A program made the position numbers and the translations under genes. A stretch of 64,000 bases of DNA from Heterodontus francisci (taxonomy: Eukaryota). Below, piece by piece: positions 12,448 to 25,634 of the stretch. The stretch is taken from positions 35,511,360-35,575,359 of the forward strand of contig NC_090386.1 of assembly GCF_036365525.1 (NCBI RefSeq), read 5' to 3'. Under the pieces are notes generated by a model. It did not search any database. It worked only from the letters and a program-made list of their open reading frames with translations, and was not told the DNA's origin. Within the stretch, counting starts at the first letter, position 1. Every line of letters begins with the position of its first letter.

Positions 12448-12493
12448 CATATACATAATTGACCCAGCAACAACTCATGTACCTTATACTACA

Positions 12494-12757
12494 GTCCTTA
12501 CACCCTCTTTTGAACAATTCTCCAGTCCTCTGGCACAACACCTGTCTCTTAGGAGGATTGGAAGATTATGGCCAGTGCCTCCTCAATTTCCACCCTTACT
12601 TCCCTCAATATCCTTGGATGCATCTCATCCAATCCTGGTGACTTATCAACTTTAAGTACAGCCAGCCTATCTATTACCTGCTTTTAATTAATTTTTGGCC
12701 CATCCAGTGTTTCAACTACTTCCTCTTTCACCATGACTTGGACAGCATCTTCTTCCA
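12494..12757 (-). mobile_element. CR1 LINE fragment, upstream continuation of 3714-4253
   Basis: Minus translation LKVDKSPGLDEMHPRILREVRVEI...FQSS*ETGVVPEDWR joins the 4253 side across the TSD. Confidence 0.88.
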
Positions 12758-12938
12758 ATCAGTTCAGCCAGAGTAGACAGTTTTTGTTTCTGAGTGCATG
12801 CAAAGGCAGGAGAACTATATTGCTGGAAGAGAAGGGAGGTAAGAGAAATGTGAAAAAATATTTTTGGAACATCAGAAATAAAAAGAAATTTGAGTGGTAG
12901 ATAAGTGTGAAGAATGTTTAGACTGAAGCAGAAATGTT

Positions 12939-13740
12939 GGGCTGGATCTTAAGAGCTTGCTGCCAAGCTCGCTGACAAGCTCAAAAAATGTTGGCCCGCC
13001 CATGCGGGTCACATGCCAAAGAGCCGCCTCAATCGCCCGCACGGCGGCTCATTTAAATGGCCAGGGTGGCCCACCTGCTCCCGCCAAGTCACATGGAGGG
13101 GGCGGGCTGTCCGTCACTGGTATTGGCGTCAGCTGCCTGTGCGCAGGCACTGATGCCATTTTTAAAGGACAGCCAGCCCTGTTAGCACATTAAAATTCTG
13201 AAAGACTTTACCCCCCAAAATTAAATAAATAAATTTCTAATGCCCCTTTTCCACCCACCTCCAATAACAATTGGAGTAATTATTTGCCCTTCCCCCCCAA
13301 AACACTTATCTTTTACATCTGACCTTGCCCCCACAAACTGCACAAAGTTTAAAAGTCAACCCTTCCCACCATCCCCTATACCCATTATGTTTAGTTGACC
13401 CCATTACCCCCAGCACTGAAAATCTTACCTCCTCCCCCCTCCCCACCAGTATGATGCCACGTTTTCCCGGACGGGGATTTGAAGGCGTGGGAGTGCCGTC
13501 AGCCATGCCGAAGATCGTGGAGGGCCCTCAAGATCTCAGCAAAGTCTATTTAAATTTATTCATCTTATCGATTTGAATATTTTAATTGAGGTCCTGTTGC
13601 CCGGCAGCGAGGTGGCCGCCATGAAGCCTCGCCACTGCAGGAGGATCGGGCCAGGCCCTCACGGCATTGAGGTCCGTGGCAGACCTCATCCAGAGTCATC
13701 TTCAGGCTCCCGACGCCTGGAGGAGAACAAAATCCAGCCC
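12939..13740. mobile_element. Non-autonomous TIR element (Harbinger-type MITE)
   Basis: Ends gggctggatctt / aaaatccagccc; flanks gtt/gta; GC-rich noncoding interior. Confidence 0.75.
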
Positions 13741-14182
13741 GTAGAATTCAATGGTAGCTCACAAGTGTAATCCCTCAAAGAAACATAATATAACAATATT
13801 AACGACTTGCTGATAATAGCAGATGGAAGCTTAGTGTTACTTTAATGGAGGTGTTAACCTATTTAAATAAGTAGCTTAATGTTTTATTTCACTTTCCTTT
13901 GTTTTTTTCCCCACTTGTTCATTGTACTTGTATACAACAGATTTCACTTGGTTATGGAATTTTTAATAGAAAGATAACAGAAGGCACAATACCAGCTGCT
14001 TTTCTTAGTGATACTGAGTTTGTAGGTTTTGTTCAGCTGCACTGAGTCTCCAACCTCAAACCTGATGGGTTCAGAAGGTTGCAAGATCTCCAAAAATATA
14101 GCCAAATATACCTTTCTTTCTGCAAGCACTTTGGGATGTGCTGAGCTCATGAGAGGTTCTATACAAATATAATTTCTTTCTT

Positions 14183-14335
14183 TAACTGAAAGATGGCCTT
14201 TCTGTCAATGCAGAACTCACCCAGGACATCACTGAATTATCAGCCTATTTTATGTGCTTAAGTCCTGAATTGGGGCTTGTACAATTGACCTTGTGACTTG
14301 GAAGTGAAATTTCTACCACTGAACCATGCTGATGT
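14183..14335 (-). mobile_element. DeuSINE-like head fragment
   Basis: Reverse-complement similarity to the SINE head at 1645 and 58855. Confidence 0.5.
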
Positions 14336-14429
14336 ATGGGATAAGCATTTTTGCCTGGGATTTAGTTTAATATAATTTCTTTAAGTCATGGTGCAGAAGG
14401 TGTTAAGAAACAGCTTCACTCACAGACAT

Positions 14430-15730
14430 CATGGCTGAGTGTTGCTGCAACCTGACAGGGAGGGCAGAGAATTTGGTGACCTATCCACACAAAGGCTGCA
14501 ACAGGTATGGGGACTGCAGTTGCAGTGCCTCTGTGTCAGCAGCATGACAGGGAGATGGAGCAGAGGCTGCGGAGAGGGGAAGCTCTGCCTGATGCCCTCT
14601 GTCATATTGGAGCCAGACTCCTCCATGCTCCTTGACAGTGAGAGGAGGCTGTCTGGTAGGCCAGTCAGTGTAACCAGTGTGCATCTCAACAGCAGTATCT
14701 TGTATGGTGCACCATTGAGGTTCTCATCTGAGTCCTCTGCAGCAGAACTCCGGTGAGCTAGCACACAAACTATCTTTTCCCTCTGGCCTGGCTATAATCC
14801 ATTCATGCCAAGTGGCTCATCACATACAGTTACCAACTCTATATTATCTTCCAGTGTACGTACAGTACCAGTATCAGAGCCGGTGGCTGCGAATGTCAGA
14901 TCAAGTGATGGGACCTCTTCATCAGTGCTGTGGTGTTGCTCTGTCTCCTCCTGGGGCTGCTGTGGCTGTGTAGGCAGCAGTTCTAGAGTGCCTGAAAGCA
15001 GAAAATCATAAAGGAGAAGTTTGGGGTGGGGTGGAAAGCAATAGGCCCAAGGTCACACCATCATGCCAGATAGCAGGGGGAGGATGAGCTGGGAGTTGAG
15101 AACAGCAGAACATAGCATCATTCTCAATGTTCTCAGTGACACCAGATGCGTAAAGCTCCATCGTAACCAGCCCCATGTTGCGGAGAGCCATCTCTTCTAC
15201 ATGGCTCAGGAGAAGTAGGCATCCTTGTCCCCCACCAGTTCTGCTCTGCTCCCAGCAGTTATGGGTGGCCTTATCCTGCAAGAAAGAGGGCAGATTGTCA
15301 GATTGTGTTGCACTAAATTTGGATGATGTGCCTGCCACAGCTGAATAGTTGAAGGTATGTGGAAACAATGGGAGCTGGGTGTGAGGCTGGCAATATATGT
15401 GCGGGTGAGGTGAAATAGGTGTGAGTCCTGAGTGCCAGGGACTGCTGCTGGGTGAGTGATGGGGGCTGTGGTGCATTAAGCAGTGTGAGAGGTTAGTGAT
15501 GCGATGGGTATGAGATGCATTCACTGACCTGGACCACCCACATGAGGTCGTCTTGTGGCACTGTTGCCAGGTCCTCAGGGCTAGACTTCCTGCCTAGATC
15601 TCCCTGGTCATCTGCTCCCATTCTCTGTGGAGAGACGTCCTCGAGGATCTCCTGGTTCCCTACGGAAACATGATCTCTCTCCTTCTGTCCACCTCTATGA
15701 CTAAGGCCTCCAGCACCGCATCTTAGGAGC
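14430..15730 (-). pseudogene. Harbinger Myb/SANT-like DNA-binding gene remnant with introns
   Basis: Exon 1 (~15725-15529) reads DAVLEALVIEVDRRREIMFP*...WEQMTREI*...RTWQQCHK, then donor gtcag. An acceptor at 15276 precedes exon 2 DKATHNCWEQSRTGGG. A further acceptor tttcag lies at 14992. Confidence 0.75.
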
Positions 15731-16635
15731 CCTCTCTCTTCTCTGGTGCTCTATTTGTGCAGCTCCTGCATGCAGGCAGTGTCAATTCAGGCAGCCAGCA
15801 GTAGCTCCCTTCCAATGAATGCTGCTCTCTTCCACTGAGTGCAGCTCCCCTTTAATAGGGGCAGATTGCCTTTAGGAAGAGAAAGTTGTCTGCACCATTT
15901 GCTCTCTGAGAATGCTGCTCTGCTCCCTGTTGAGCACTCAGGCAGCCAACAGCCTGGGCCCTGCTCGGACCAATGCTACAATCAGGTAAATGAGGGGGCA
16001 GTATCAAGTTTGCAAACTGGCTGGCTCAATGGGAACAGGCATGGTCAAGTCGCAAAGTGAACTCTGCACCTGAAAATGGGCTATAATGAATTTTTAGCCC
16101 TTCAGATCTAACCTACAAATGAATATAATGTTAGGCTGAGCCTCCATTAACACCAAACTCTTACAAATATCAAACTGCACTCATTTCACATAATTATAGG
16201 AAAAAACCTCCTGCCCAACTGTTTCATAAGGCTGAATTCTCTCTAAGGCTAAGTACCACATGTTACATTTTGTGGTATAATACAGATACACCAATCACAC
16301 ACACGAGATCAATGAATTCAAAAGGTAGGTTCTTTTCCTGAAGATAACTTGTAAACAAACAATACTGGGAAGGTGCTTCACATTGTTGTTCCTGTGGCTG
16401 CTTGCAGCAAGTGCTTAGAGGTCTCAAGGGTCTGTGCATCATATCCCGTCAGGTGGTGGACAGCCATTTCAGATATGCCCCTTAAAGCCACATTGCAGCA
16501 CTTAAAGCAATACCACAACACCACACTCTTTCACGGCCTGTCGCACTCTATTGGTTCTCGCAGTCCTTGACAAGATATAACTGCAACAATGGAACTGTAA
16601 AACCAGAAATTGCTGAGAGATTGCAAAGCATTCTA

Positions 16636-16929
16636 GGGCGGCACAGTGGTTAGCATCACAGCTCCAGGGACCTGGGTTCGATTCTGGGTACTGCCTATGC
16701 GGAGTTTGCAAGTTCTCCCTGTGACCGCGTGGGTTTTCGTCGGGTGCTCCGGTTTCCTCCGACAGCCAAAGACCTGCAGGTGATAGGTAAATTGGCCATT
16801 GTAAATTGGCCCTAGTGTAGGTAAGTGGTAGGGAATATGGGATTACTGTAGGGTTAGTATAAATGGGAGGTTGTTGGTCGGCACAGACTCGGTGGGCCGC
16901 AGGGCCTGTTTCATTGCTGTATCTCTAAA
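16636..16929 (+). mobile_element. HE1-type SINE (shark tRNA-derived V-SINE)
   Basis: ggcacagtggttagca...gggttcgattc head, central gggtgctccggtttcctcc, and tail gggccgcagggcctgttt...gctgtatctctaaa shared with the CR1 tail near 7000. Confidence 0.9.
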
Positions 16930-19181
16930 TATTTTTGAAATAAAAGCAAAGAATTCTGGTTCGAATGGATATTTTGTGTTGTGCTTCTCCTTTCCCTTTC
17001 TCTATGAAATCTTCGTCTCTTGTTTTCTCCCCCTCTAATTTAACTGCAAGAATCAGCCTGAGTGAGGTTGAAAGCAGTAACAATCATTTGTCCCTGTAAT
17101 GATCTCAACGAGCCAGTGCCATACAATTATCCAATACCCAGACTCTTTGTGAACAGTCATTTTCTCAGCAATCCAAAAATCAAAGATATGATATTAACCT
17201 GTTTTACAAGTCCTTGAATACTTGATGCATGGTTAAAGGCACAAAATACAATGTGCTGAAAAAAAGACAAATTTTGACATATTTCAAAATGAGAAAACAA
17301 TCCAGTGGGGTACATATAATTATCAAATAAACAATCTGTTCCATCTGGCTAGATGATAGGTTTACATAAGAAGGATCAAAAACTTCAAACTTTAAAACTG
17401 TTAAACTATCTCACATCTATCCTTCCTCACCAAACATCACTAGCATGATTACGAAAATCTATTTGTTCATGTACCACATCTAAATTCAGCACTTGTTATC
17501 CATCAGTCCCCTCCTGACTCAAAATATAGCACAGTCATTCCAGAATTTATTTAGGTTACTTTTTCTCTGCTGCACTGTATTGTACTCATTCTCAGGTACA
17601 CATGAATGTGAAGCAGTCAATTGGCTCAATTGCTCTGAACACATTAGGAGCAACACAAATTTTAAATGTAAACTTTCACTTGTCACATACACTGCTGCAT
17701 TTACTTTGGTACAGGTTGGTTTGCCATTCCTGCTGATAGCAATTGTTGCAGTATCTGAGCAAAATCATTGCCTCGGCATAAAATTATTCAGAAGCATTAT
17801 TGCAGTCAGGAGGCAGTAATATGCTATAAAGAAATTGAATTGCTTACAGTGAACCAAATATAATTACATAACATAATTCTTGATGTTTTATTGCTTCAAG
17901 TATATTTACTGTATCATTTATTGCTCATATTCTGCAAAAAGAGCAAATTGAACAAACATGTCCAAAGATGTGAATTCTTGCATTAATCCGACCTTGCAGC
18001 TTTTATGAAATGTCAACATTTCACAAAGCTGCAGTTACTGAGGGGATTTTTTTAAGCAAAATTATTAATTTTCAAATTGGGCTACCTAACATACAGCAAT
18101 CAACAAGACAATCCTCCTGCAAAACCAGATATTGTGCAAATATAGTCGCACTTCAGTTCAGAGGGAGCCAGGGTTTGCTTCTGCGAAAGTCTTTAATACC
18201 GAGAAACATACCTGAGTAAAATCAAAGGATATTAAAGGATGGAATTGCCTCCTGGGAGTATGGGCAGCATTTACAACTGGAGGTGTGTCAAGTGAGACTC
18301 CCTTTCATGATCCCAACCCAACATTTTTCCCAGGTAGATACATTAAAACTGCAGGCTGGGCTCCAGGTGGAGCTAGAGAGTGTCACAAAGTGGGTCATCT
18401 GTTCAAACATCAGAATAAGAAGCAGCAGCGCACAAGGAAGCTGACATCCCCTGAAGGTTTAAAATCATTTCAAAAAGCTGGCGACTGGGATTGTAGACCT
18501 CAATATTTGGGGGAGATAGGAAGAGTGCATGGTACCTGATAGTGGGCAATGAACATGGCAAGGCCTCATTAAAATAATTTTTCTCTTGACTCCCACCAGG
18601 CACCCAACCAGGTTGGCTGCTTGGTCGGTCGGTGGGAGTAGAGATTTAACAGCTGGAAGCTGCATCCAGGGACCCATGGGGACAGTGCGCGGCAGTCAGT
18701 GGATGGAGGCCTTTGCAGGATATCAGGGCATTCAAGCGAGATCGGGGAGGGAGGTTGGGGCTGAGGAAGCCCAAGGACTCCTTGAAGGGCTGGAAGGAGC
18801 ACTCCCACTCCTGCTGGCCCACAAGGAGTTATTTCTAATAGGAGTAGATTTTTAATGCTTATCTTGGCCTGTTGGTGCCTCCTGCCTTGGATGTGCTGCC
18901 GGGCAGTTGAGAACACGGGCCTCCCCTTATGTTCAGTTAAGTTTAAAATGTCATACCGATGATGTCATCAATCCATTACTTTTGATTGTTAACTGGACAC
19001 GCTCACCTTTTGTGGAAACCTCATCAATGGCCTGATTTGGGGGAATCATAAAAATTGAAATGGTTGGGAAGCTGGCGGGTTGGAGCTTGGAAGAAGGAGT
19101 TTTTAATTGGAACCTCTCGCAAACACCATTCCCATTGGGATGGTGGGGCAGAAGAGTAGGGTAGGTTTAAAAATTAGGACT

Positions 19182-19500
19182 ATAGAGTCATACAGCAAAG
19201 GAGGCTATTCAGCCCATCGAGCCTGTGCCAGCTCTTTGAAAGAGCTATCCAAATAGTCCCACTTTCCTGCTTTATGCCCATAGCCCTGCAAAGTTTTCCT
19301 TTACAAGTATTTATCCAATTCACTTTTGAAAGTTACTGTTGAATCTGCTTCCACCACTCTTTCAGGCAGTGCATTTGAGATGACAACAATTCACTGTATA
19401 AACAACATACTCCTCATCTCCACCTTGGTTCTTCTGCCAATTTCCTTAAATCCCCCATTTATTGATCCTCCTGCCAGTGGAAACAATTTCAATCAAAATC
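19182..19500 (-). mobile_element. CR1 3'-end fragment
   Basis: tcatacagc...ggctattcagcccatcgagcctgtgcc tail and gaatctgcttccaccactctttcaggcagtgcatt (reverse of the NALPERVVEA-type CR1 C-terminus). Confidence 0.75.
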
Positions 19501-20649
19501 TCAATTAAATCGCACCTCATCCTTTACCAGACCCTTTTCATCCAACAAGCCAATCAGTGGGCTCCCCACCATTGCCCTTTGATGCATTGCCCTCTTTCTT
19601 AAGCTGGTATCTGGAATTTGTGGCACTTCAGCCAGGAGGCAGGGAAGTCAGATGATCTTCATGACCCCGCCCTCATTGTCATTGAAATGTAACCGGGCTG
19701 GCCGGGTACCCTGATAGAGTGTTTGAGGAAAATTCACAGCAGTGGTTTCAAGGAAGTGGGTTTAACAGTAGGCCTCCATACCTCATTTTCCCTCTTCCTT
19801 GCTGCTATGCTGTTCAATATCGGGAGTTCCAGGGACTCACAGATCTGAACAATATCAGTGATTATAGTAGCATTTTTCACCAACTCCATAGAAAGTCTTT
19901 TTAAAAGATCAGCATATGCAGATAGGCAAGTTCTGCCTGACTTTGACTTTTCCTCTCTCTTTCAGTCCCAATGATGTTTAAACTTGACGGCAAAGCACAT
20001 CATTATAAAACTTGTATTAGGGAAGTTTCAGAACAATCTAAAGAACTAGTAATTAATATTGGAAAAAGCAATCCTGGAAAATTAAATGGCCAAGGAAAAG
20101 AGGTTCAAATTGGTAAAAGCAAATCTAGGACTGATAACAGGAAGTTTGTCTTCATGCATTGAGTGATCAATATGATCCATGGGCTCCTCATAGTGGAGTC
20201 AAAAGAACACTTAAGGACCAATTGGTACTGTAATAAAAGTCTTCATGGATGGCTTTTCTTATCTGTAATTATCTTATGAACTGTAGAGCAAGACCGATAC
20301 TTAAGCTGAAATTTCATTTGATGTTTGTAATTACACATATTTAACAAAAATCATGCAACAATACAAATTCCCATTAAGGCCCAGAAAAAAGCCAAAACTG
20401 AGCCAAACACAAAACTCTTCAGGCATAACAGCTAGTCATTTTAACACATAACATCAATCAAAAAAGACATTAATATCCACAGAAGACAGACATCAAAAGC
20501 ATGATATAATTCATTAAAATAATGCTACCCACACTGAATTGACCAAGTTTAGCTTGTGCCAGTACAAATCCCTGATCTGCTAATTTTACATCACAATGCA
20601 CAAATTAGCACTTCAAAAACAGTGAAAAAATTGAAGCATAGATCAAAGA

Positions 20650-21030
20650 CAAAAAGACTCGCATTTTTATCATATCTTTCACAAGCTCAGGATGTCCAAA
20701 AGTGCTGTAAAGTCACTGATATACTTTTTGAAGTGTAGCTCCTGTTATTATGTAGGAAACAAGACAGTTATTTTGTCCACAGCGAAGCCCCACAAACAGC
20801 AATGTGATGATGACTAGGTAATCTATTTTTAGGCACTGGTTGAGGGATAAATATGGCCAGAGGACCAGGGAGAACTTCCCTCTTCTTCAAAATAGTGCTT
20901 TGGGAGTCTTTCAGAGGGCACATGGGCACTCGGCTTAATGTCTCATTCAAAAGGCAGCACTCCCTCCGTACTGCACTCAAGTGTCAATCTAGATTTTATG
21001 TTCAAGTCCCCAGAGTGAGATTTGAAAGGA
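20650..21030 (-). mobile_element. DeuSINE/SacSINE1-like SINE
   Basis: Reverse complement of the Deu-like core (tgagacattaagccgag...tatttgaagaag-like) and an L2-like tail. Confidence 0.7.
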
Positions 21031-21558
21031 AATCTTAAATTCCAGCCATGTTGATGCCAGCTGCTATTTTATAATTACTGAATTTGACATAGCGTAAAAT
21101 TTCACATTCATTACACAGCTAATAAAAGTTATAAGGAACAGACCTCAGAGAGGTTACTTCTGTGGACTCTTTACAGCGAACTCACTGCAAAGTGAAATTG
21201 AAGGTATTTTTAAGTTGTTACTTTGATAGTTTGCATTGTGGGAAAGTGAGATCCATGCACCAGCTGTCACGAGTGCAATGTTTCATGGGTTTATAGGTAG
21301 TCAGTTTTAGCACTGAAAATGTGGACAGCCATCTATCTCCATGATCTAAACTATAAAAGTGTGAGGTCTAAAAGCACCTTATTCATGCTTAAACACACTC
21401 TAAGCAATCTGGCTCCCTTCAATTATTCAATCAATCAACCAAGAGATTTAAAGTGTTACTTAAAAGGGCTCCGCCCATCAATAAGCTAACCTGCTGGCCA
21501 GATGTGTAGTATAATATGGTATACTGGACATTGGGTTGTTACAGGTTTAAGTATGCAA

Positions 21559-22798
21559 TTTTTTTTTATTTGCTCATGGAATGTGGGCATCGCTGACTAG
21601 GCCTGCATTTATTGCTCATCCCTAATTTCCCTTGAGAAGGTGGTGGTGAGCTGCCTTCTTGAACCGCTGCAGACTTTGGGGTGTAGGCACACCCACAGTG
21701 CTGTTCGGAAAGGAGTTCCAGGATTCTGACCCTGTAACAGTGAAGGAACAGTGATATAGTTCCAAGTCAGGATGGTGTGCGGCTTGGAAGGGAACTTGCA
21801 AGTGGTGGTGTTCCCATGCATCTGCTGCCCTTGTCCTTCTAGATGGTAAAGGTCATGGGTTTGGAAGGTGCTGTCGAAGGAGCCTTGGTGAGTTGCTGCA
21901 GTGCATCTTGTAGATGGTACACACTGCTGCCACTGTGCGTCGGTGGTGGAGGGAGTGAATGTTGAAGGTGGTGGACGGGGTCCCAATCAAGCAGGCTGCT
22001 TTGTCCTGGATGGTGTCGAGCTTCCTGAGTGTTGTTGGAGCAGCACCCATCCAGGCAAGTGGAGAGTATTCCATCGCACTTCTGACTTGTGCCTTGTAGA
22101 TTGTGGACAGGCTTTGGGGAGTCAGGAGGTGAGTTATCCACCACAGATATCCCAGCCTCTGAACTGCTCTTGCAGCCACAGTATTTATGTGGCTGGTCCA
22201 GTTCAGTTTCTGGTCAATGGTAACCCCCAGGATGTTGATAGTGAGGGATTCAGCGATGACAATGTCATTGAACATTAAGGGGCGATTGTTAGGTTCTCTC
22301 TTGTTTGAGATGGTCATTGCCTGGCACTTGTGTGATGCCAATGTTACTTGCCAATTATCAGCCCAAGTCTGGATGTTGTCCAGATCTTGCTGCATCTGGA
22401 CACAGGCTGCATCATTATCTGAGGAGTCACTAACGGTGCTGAACATTAGGCAATCATCAGCGAACATCCCCACTTCTGGCCTTATAATGGATGGACGGTC
22501 ATTGATGAAGCAGCTGAAGAGAGTTGGGCCTCGGATATTACCCTGAGGAACTCCTGCAATGATATCCTGGGACTGAGATGATAGACCTTCAACAACCATC
22601 TTCCTTTGTGCTAGGTATGACTCCAACCATCGGAGAATTTTTTGTCTGTTTCCCATTGACTCCAGTTTTGCTCGGGCTCCTTGATGCCATACTCAGTCAA
22701 ATGCTGCCTTGATGTCAAGGGCAGTCACTCTCACCTCACCTCTGGAGTTTACCTCTTTTGTCCATGTTTGGACAAAGGCTGTAATGAGGTCAGGAGCT
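21559..22798 (-). mobile_element. 5'-truncated CR1/L2-group LINE (second family) in the 5' LTR of Gypsy 2
   Basis: ORF 21853-22656: GVPQG...MFADD...QDLDNIQTWADNWQV...ILGVTIDQKLNW...YKAQVRSAMEYSPLAW. A-rich tail at 21559. Confidence 0.9.
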
Positions 22799-23591
22799 CA
22801 GCATGCTGTATACCTCACCACAGAAAGTGCTGTAATACTACATGTGTGGATCCCTCGTGTACAGACTTGGAAGATGTAAACCATCGCAGTAAGACATGTT
22901 TTAATAAAGCTCCCGTTTCTTTTAACCCATCTGGCTCTTCAGATATTCTGTACTAGTCTAACAGTAAGCAGAGTATTATATTGTGGCAACAGTAAAAAAT
23001 ACAGATGGAAAAGTCTCTACCTTTACCGAAAGCTTCAAAAAAGTCAGAGGCCTAAATCAAGCTGAAGCATGGCCGAAGTGGTATTGAAGATTTGCCAGGT
23101 CTCGCACCACATCGAGTCTAGCTACAAAACTGAGCAGTGAACAGGTCAGTATGCTGTTGTATGAGATGGGTGACTTTGAGGATGATCTTCTCATTACACA
23201 ATTATCAATGAGGAGAAAGCCACGTACGACAAAGTGATCAAAACACTTGATACATATTTCAATTTGAGAAAGAATATCATTGTGGAACAAACACACTCAG
23301 CGTCAAGGGGAAAGTGTTGATGCATTTATAAATTACTTATACAAACTTGCAGAAGACTACGGTTATGGCGGCTTGAAGGACGAGCTGATCAGGGACAGAA
23401 TTGTTATAAAAGTGTTTGATCATGCCTTGTCTGACCACTTGCAGTCAAAAGATGATCTAACCCTAGCAAAGGCATGCAACTGAGCAGACAAGCAGAGGTC
23501 AGTAAACTGAAATGACCTTTGGTCTGACATGACAGGAAGGGTCCCGTCTCAAGGACAGCTGACATAGTGGAGTTTGTTCGGCACAAGAAAG

Positions 23592-24705
23592 TGTTACAGC
23601 CAAGTGGGTGATGGCATGGCTTGTTCCCACTGTTCACCTCCCAGCTGGCCACAGTAAGTGTTTTTGTGACTAGGGTTTTAACCCCTTGTGTTTTATTTTT
23701 CAAATAAACAGACAGTGACAGGTTTTCTTGTCGGTTTAAAATAGATGAGTAACTATTTATTGAACAATATTCATTCCTGAAATTGTTACAACTGCACCCA
23801 TGCACACATTCACTCCCAAATACACACAAGAATAGATAGATAGAGAGGAAAAGGGTAAGTGTTTTGAAGTGAGGTAGGTGTTCTAGGTTCACGGTAAACC
23901 TGTTGAATCTTCTCAGTGGACAGTTTCTTTTTAAAGATTCAGGCCAGGGTGTTTGTAGTTTTCCAGTGGTTAAGACTTCAGCCTGGAAGCAGTGGTCACT
24001 TTCAGTTCTCTGCTGCTTCAAACTCAAGTCATAGAGTCATTTACAGCACAGAAAGTGTGTCGAATTCATAGCAAGACTCCTTCTTTGATTTTTACTGAGC
24101 TACTTTTTTTTTCAGAGATACAGCACTGAAATAGGCCCTTCGGCCCACCGAGTCTGTGCCGACCATCAACCACCCATTTATACTAATCCTATACTAATTC
24201 CATATTCCTACCACATCCCCACCAGTCCCTATATTTCCCTACCACCTACCTATCCTAGGGGTAATTTATAATGGCCAATTCACCTAGCAACCTTAGCTGG
24301 ACTCCTTTTCTGTGATCACTCTCTCTCTCTCTCTCTCTCCAAAGAGCTACATTTTAAGGCAAAAATCTCTCACATTAGCTTCTGTCAGGAGACACATGGC
24401 CCCCTTCCTGTTTTGACCACACAATGGCCCAGGATGTGACTACTTCACACCTTTTTTGTTTCAAAAGAACCCATTCAATTCAGGAATGTCACTTGATGGT
24501 TTCAGGATGAGTACAATTGACACCTCCTAGCCTGGAATGTATCCTTTTGTCCTTAACAGACAGATTGAATATACAGGCCAAGTCAGCCCAACCTTCAGTG
24601 GCCATTTTGCCACACATTGTCCACTTTTTAAAGGAAAAGTCAATTTTTTATAACTCTTCAGTTTGGTTCTGTATTTTTATCACTACACTTCTCATGAGCA
24701 TTATA
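23592..24705. mobile_element. Solo LTR inserted in Gypsy 2 gag
   Basis: Starts tgttac; aaag at 23588-23591 and 24706-24709. The gag frame rejoins as VRHKK|GKDG. Confidence 0.75.
24104..24292 (-). mobile_element. HE1-type SINE, 3' half, nested in a solo LTR
   Basis: Near-identical to the 3' halves of the copies at 45016 and 55154. Confidence 0.88.
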
Positions 24706-25634
24706 AAAGGGAAAGATGGCAGTAAAAGGCAAAGGAAATAGGAGGAACATCTATCCACAGGAAAACTGAACCACCAAAGAGGCTGAATACTATTCATGCG
24801 GGAAGAAGGGCTACTTCCAGGTGGTGTGCTGTCGCACAAAGCTGGTACAGAACACACAAAAATGAAAAAGTTTGAAAAGTGGAAAAATCCATGAAATGGA
24901 AGATATCCACAATGTCGGGATACCTTTTCCGAAAGAGATCCAGGAACCAAGCAGAAGTTGCTGGATCGCAGAGATTCTTGTCGAGGGAAACAAGACACAC
25001 TTTTTACTGGCTACTGGAGAAACAGTTTCTGTTCTTCCCGATGCCAACTGTGGTTAGAGAAGAGCATTCTTCAACTATGAGGCAAGAAATTATATGGGCT
25101 GGGGGGATAAAACTCAAAGTCATAGAACTGAAGGCAACCCTCAGATATCGAGAAAAAGAAATCACAGAAACGTAAATGTGATTCAAAATCAAAATTGTTT
25201 GCTTTTGAGCAAGAAACTTTGCACCAACTTTCATTTGATTTGCAGATTGGAGGAACTGAAAAGCAGAGAAGTTCAGCCCAGAAACTTTAGAGCTTCATTC
25301 ACAGGATAGGGGAAGCTGAAGACAGCGTACCATATAATCCTACAGCTAGAAGTGAAGCCAGTGTGCCTGTTTTCAGCCAGCAAAGAAGTTCCTCACCCAC
25401 TCTTCCCAAATGTAGATAAAGAAATCAACATTATGGTGAAGCAAGGAGTTACTTCACCTGTGACAGAGCCTACAAGCTGATGTTCAGGTATTGTCCCAGT
25501 ACAAAAACAAAATGGATCTATTAGAATTTTTGTTGATCGCACACAGCTAAATAAAGCAGTGGAATGCGAAGTCCATCTGATGTGGTCTGTAGATGAGAGC
25601 TTGGCTAAATTGGGGAAGAGCTCAATCTGGATGC

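Larger units (their letters stand above)
4254..12493 (-). mobile_element. Full-length decayed Ty3/Gypsy LTR retrotransposon (Mag-like) with nested insertions
   Basis: 5-bp TSD gtcct at 4249-4253 and 12494-12498. LTRs at 4254-4460 and 11203-12493 (interrupted). PPT at 4461-4470; PBS-like tggtggca near 11195-11202 on minus. Gag zinc knuckles (CSRCGRKRHRWEIC, 10400-10627), protease KLNTGAAVS, RT (KKPNGSIRICVDLTQLN; CHLDDVL), RNase H (IETDHKPL), integrase (IDYYSRW, SDNGPQ, SSPRYPQGNGEVE). Many stops and frameshifts. Confidence 0.93.

Noticed and set aside
16636-16700. tRNA gene
   Set aside because: The A/B-box-like head continues into SINE body and LINE-derived tail; no full cloverleaf.
23404-24027. 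207-aa ORF
   Set aside because: Spans a solo LTR/gag junction on the antisense strand and has no recognisable domain.
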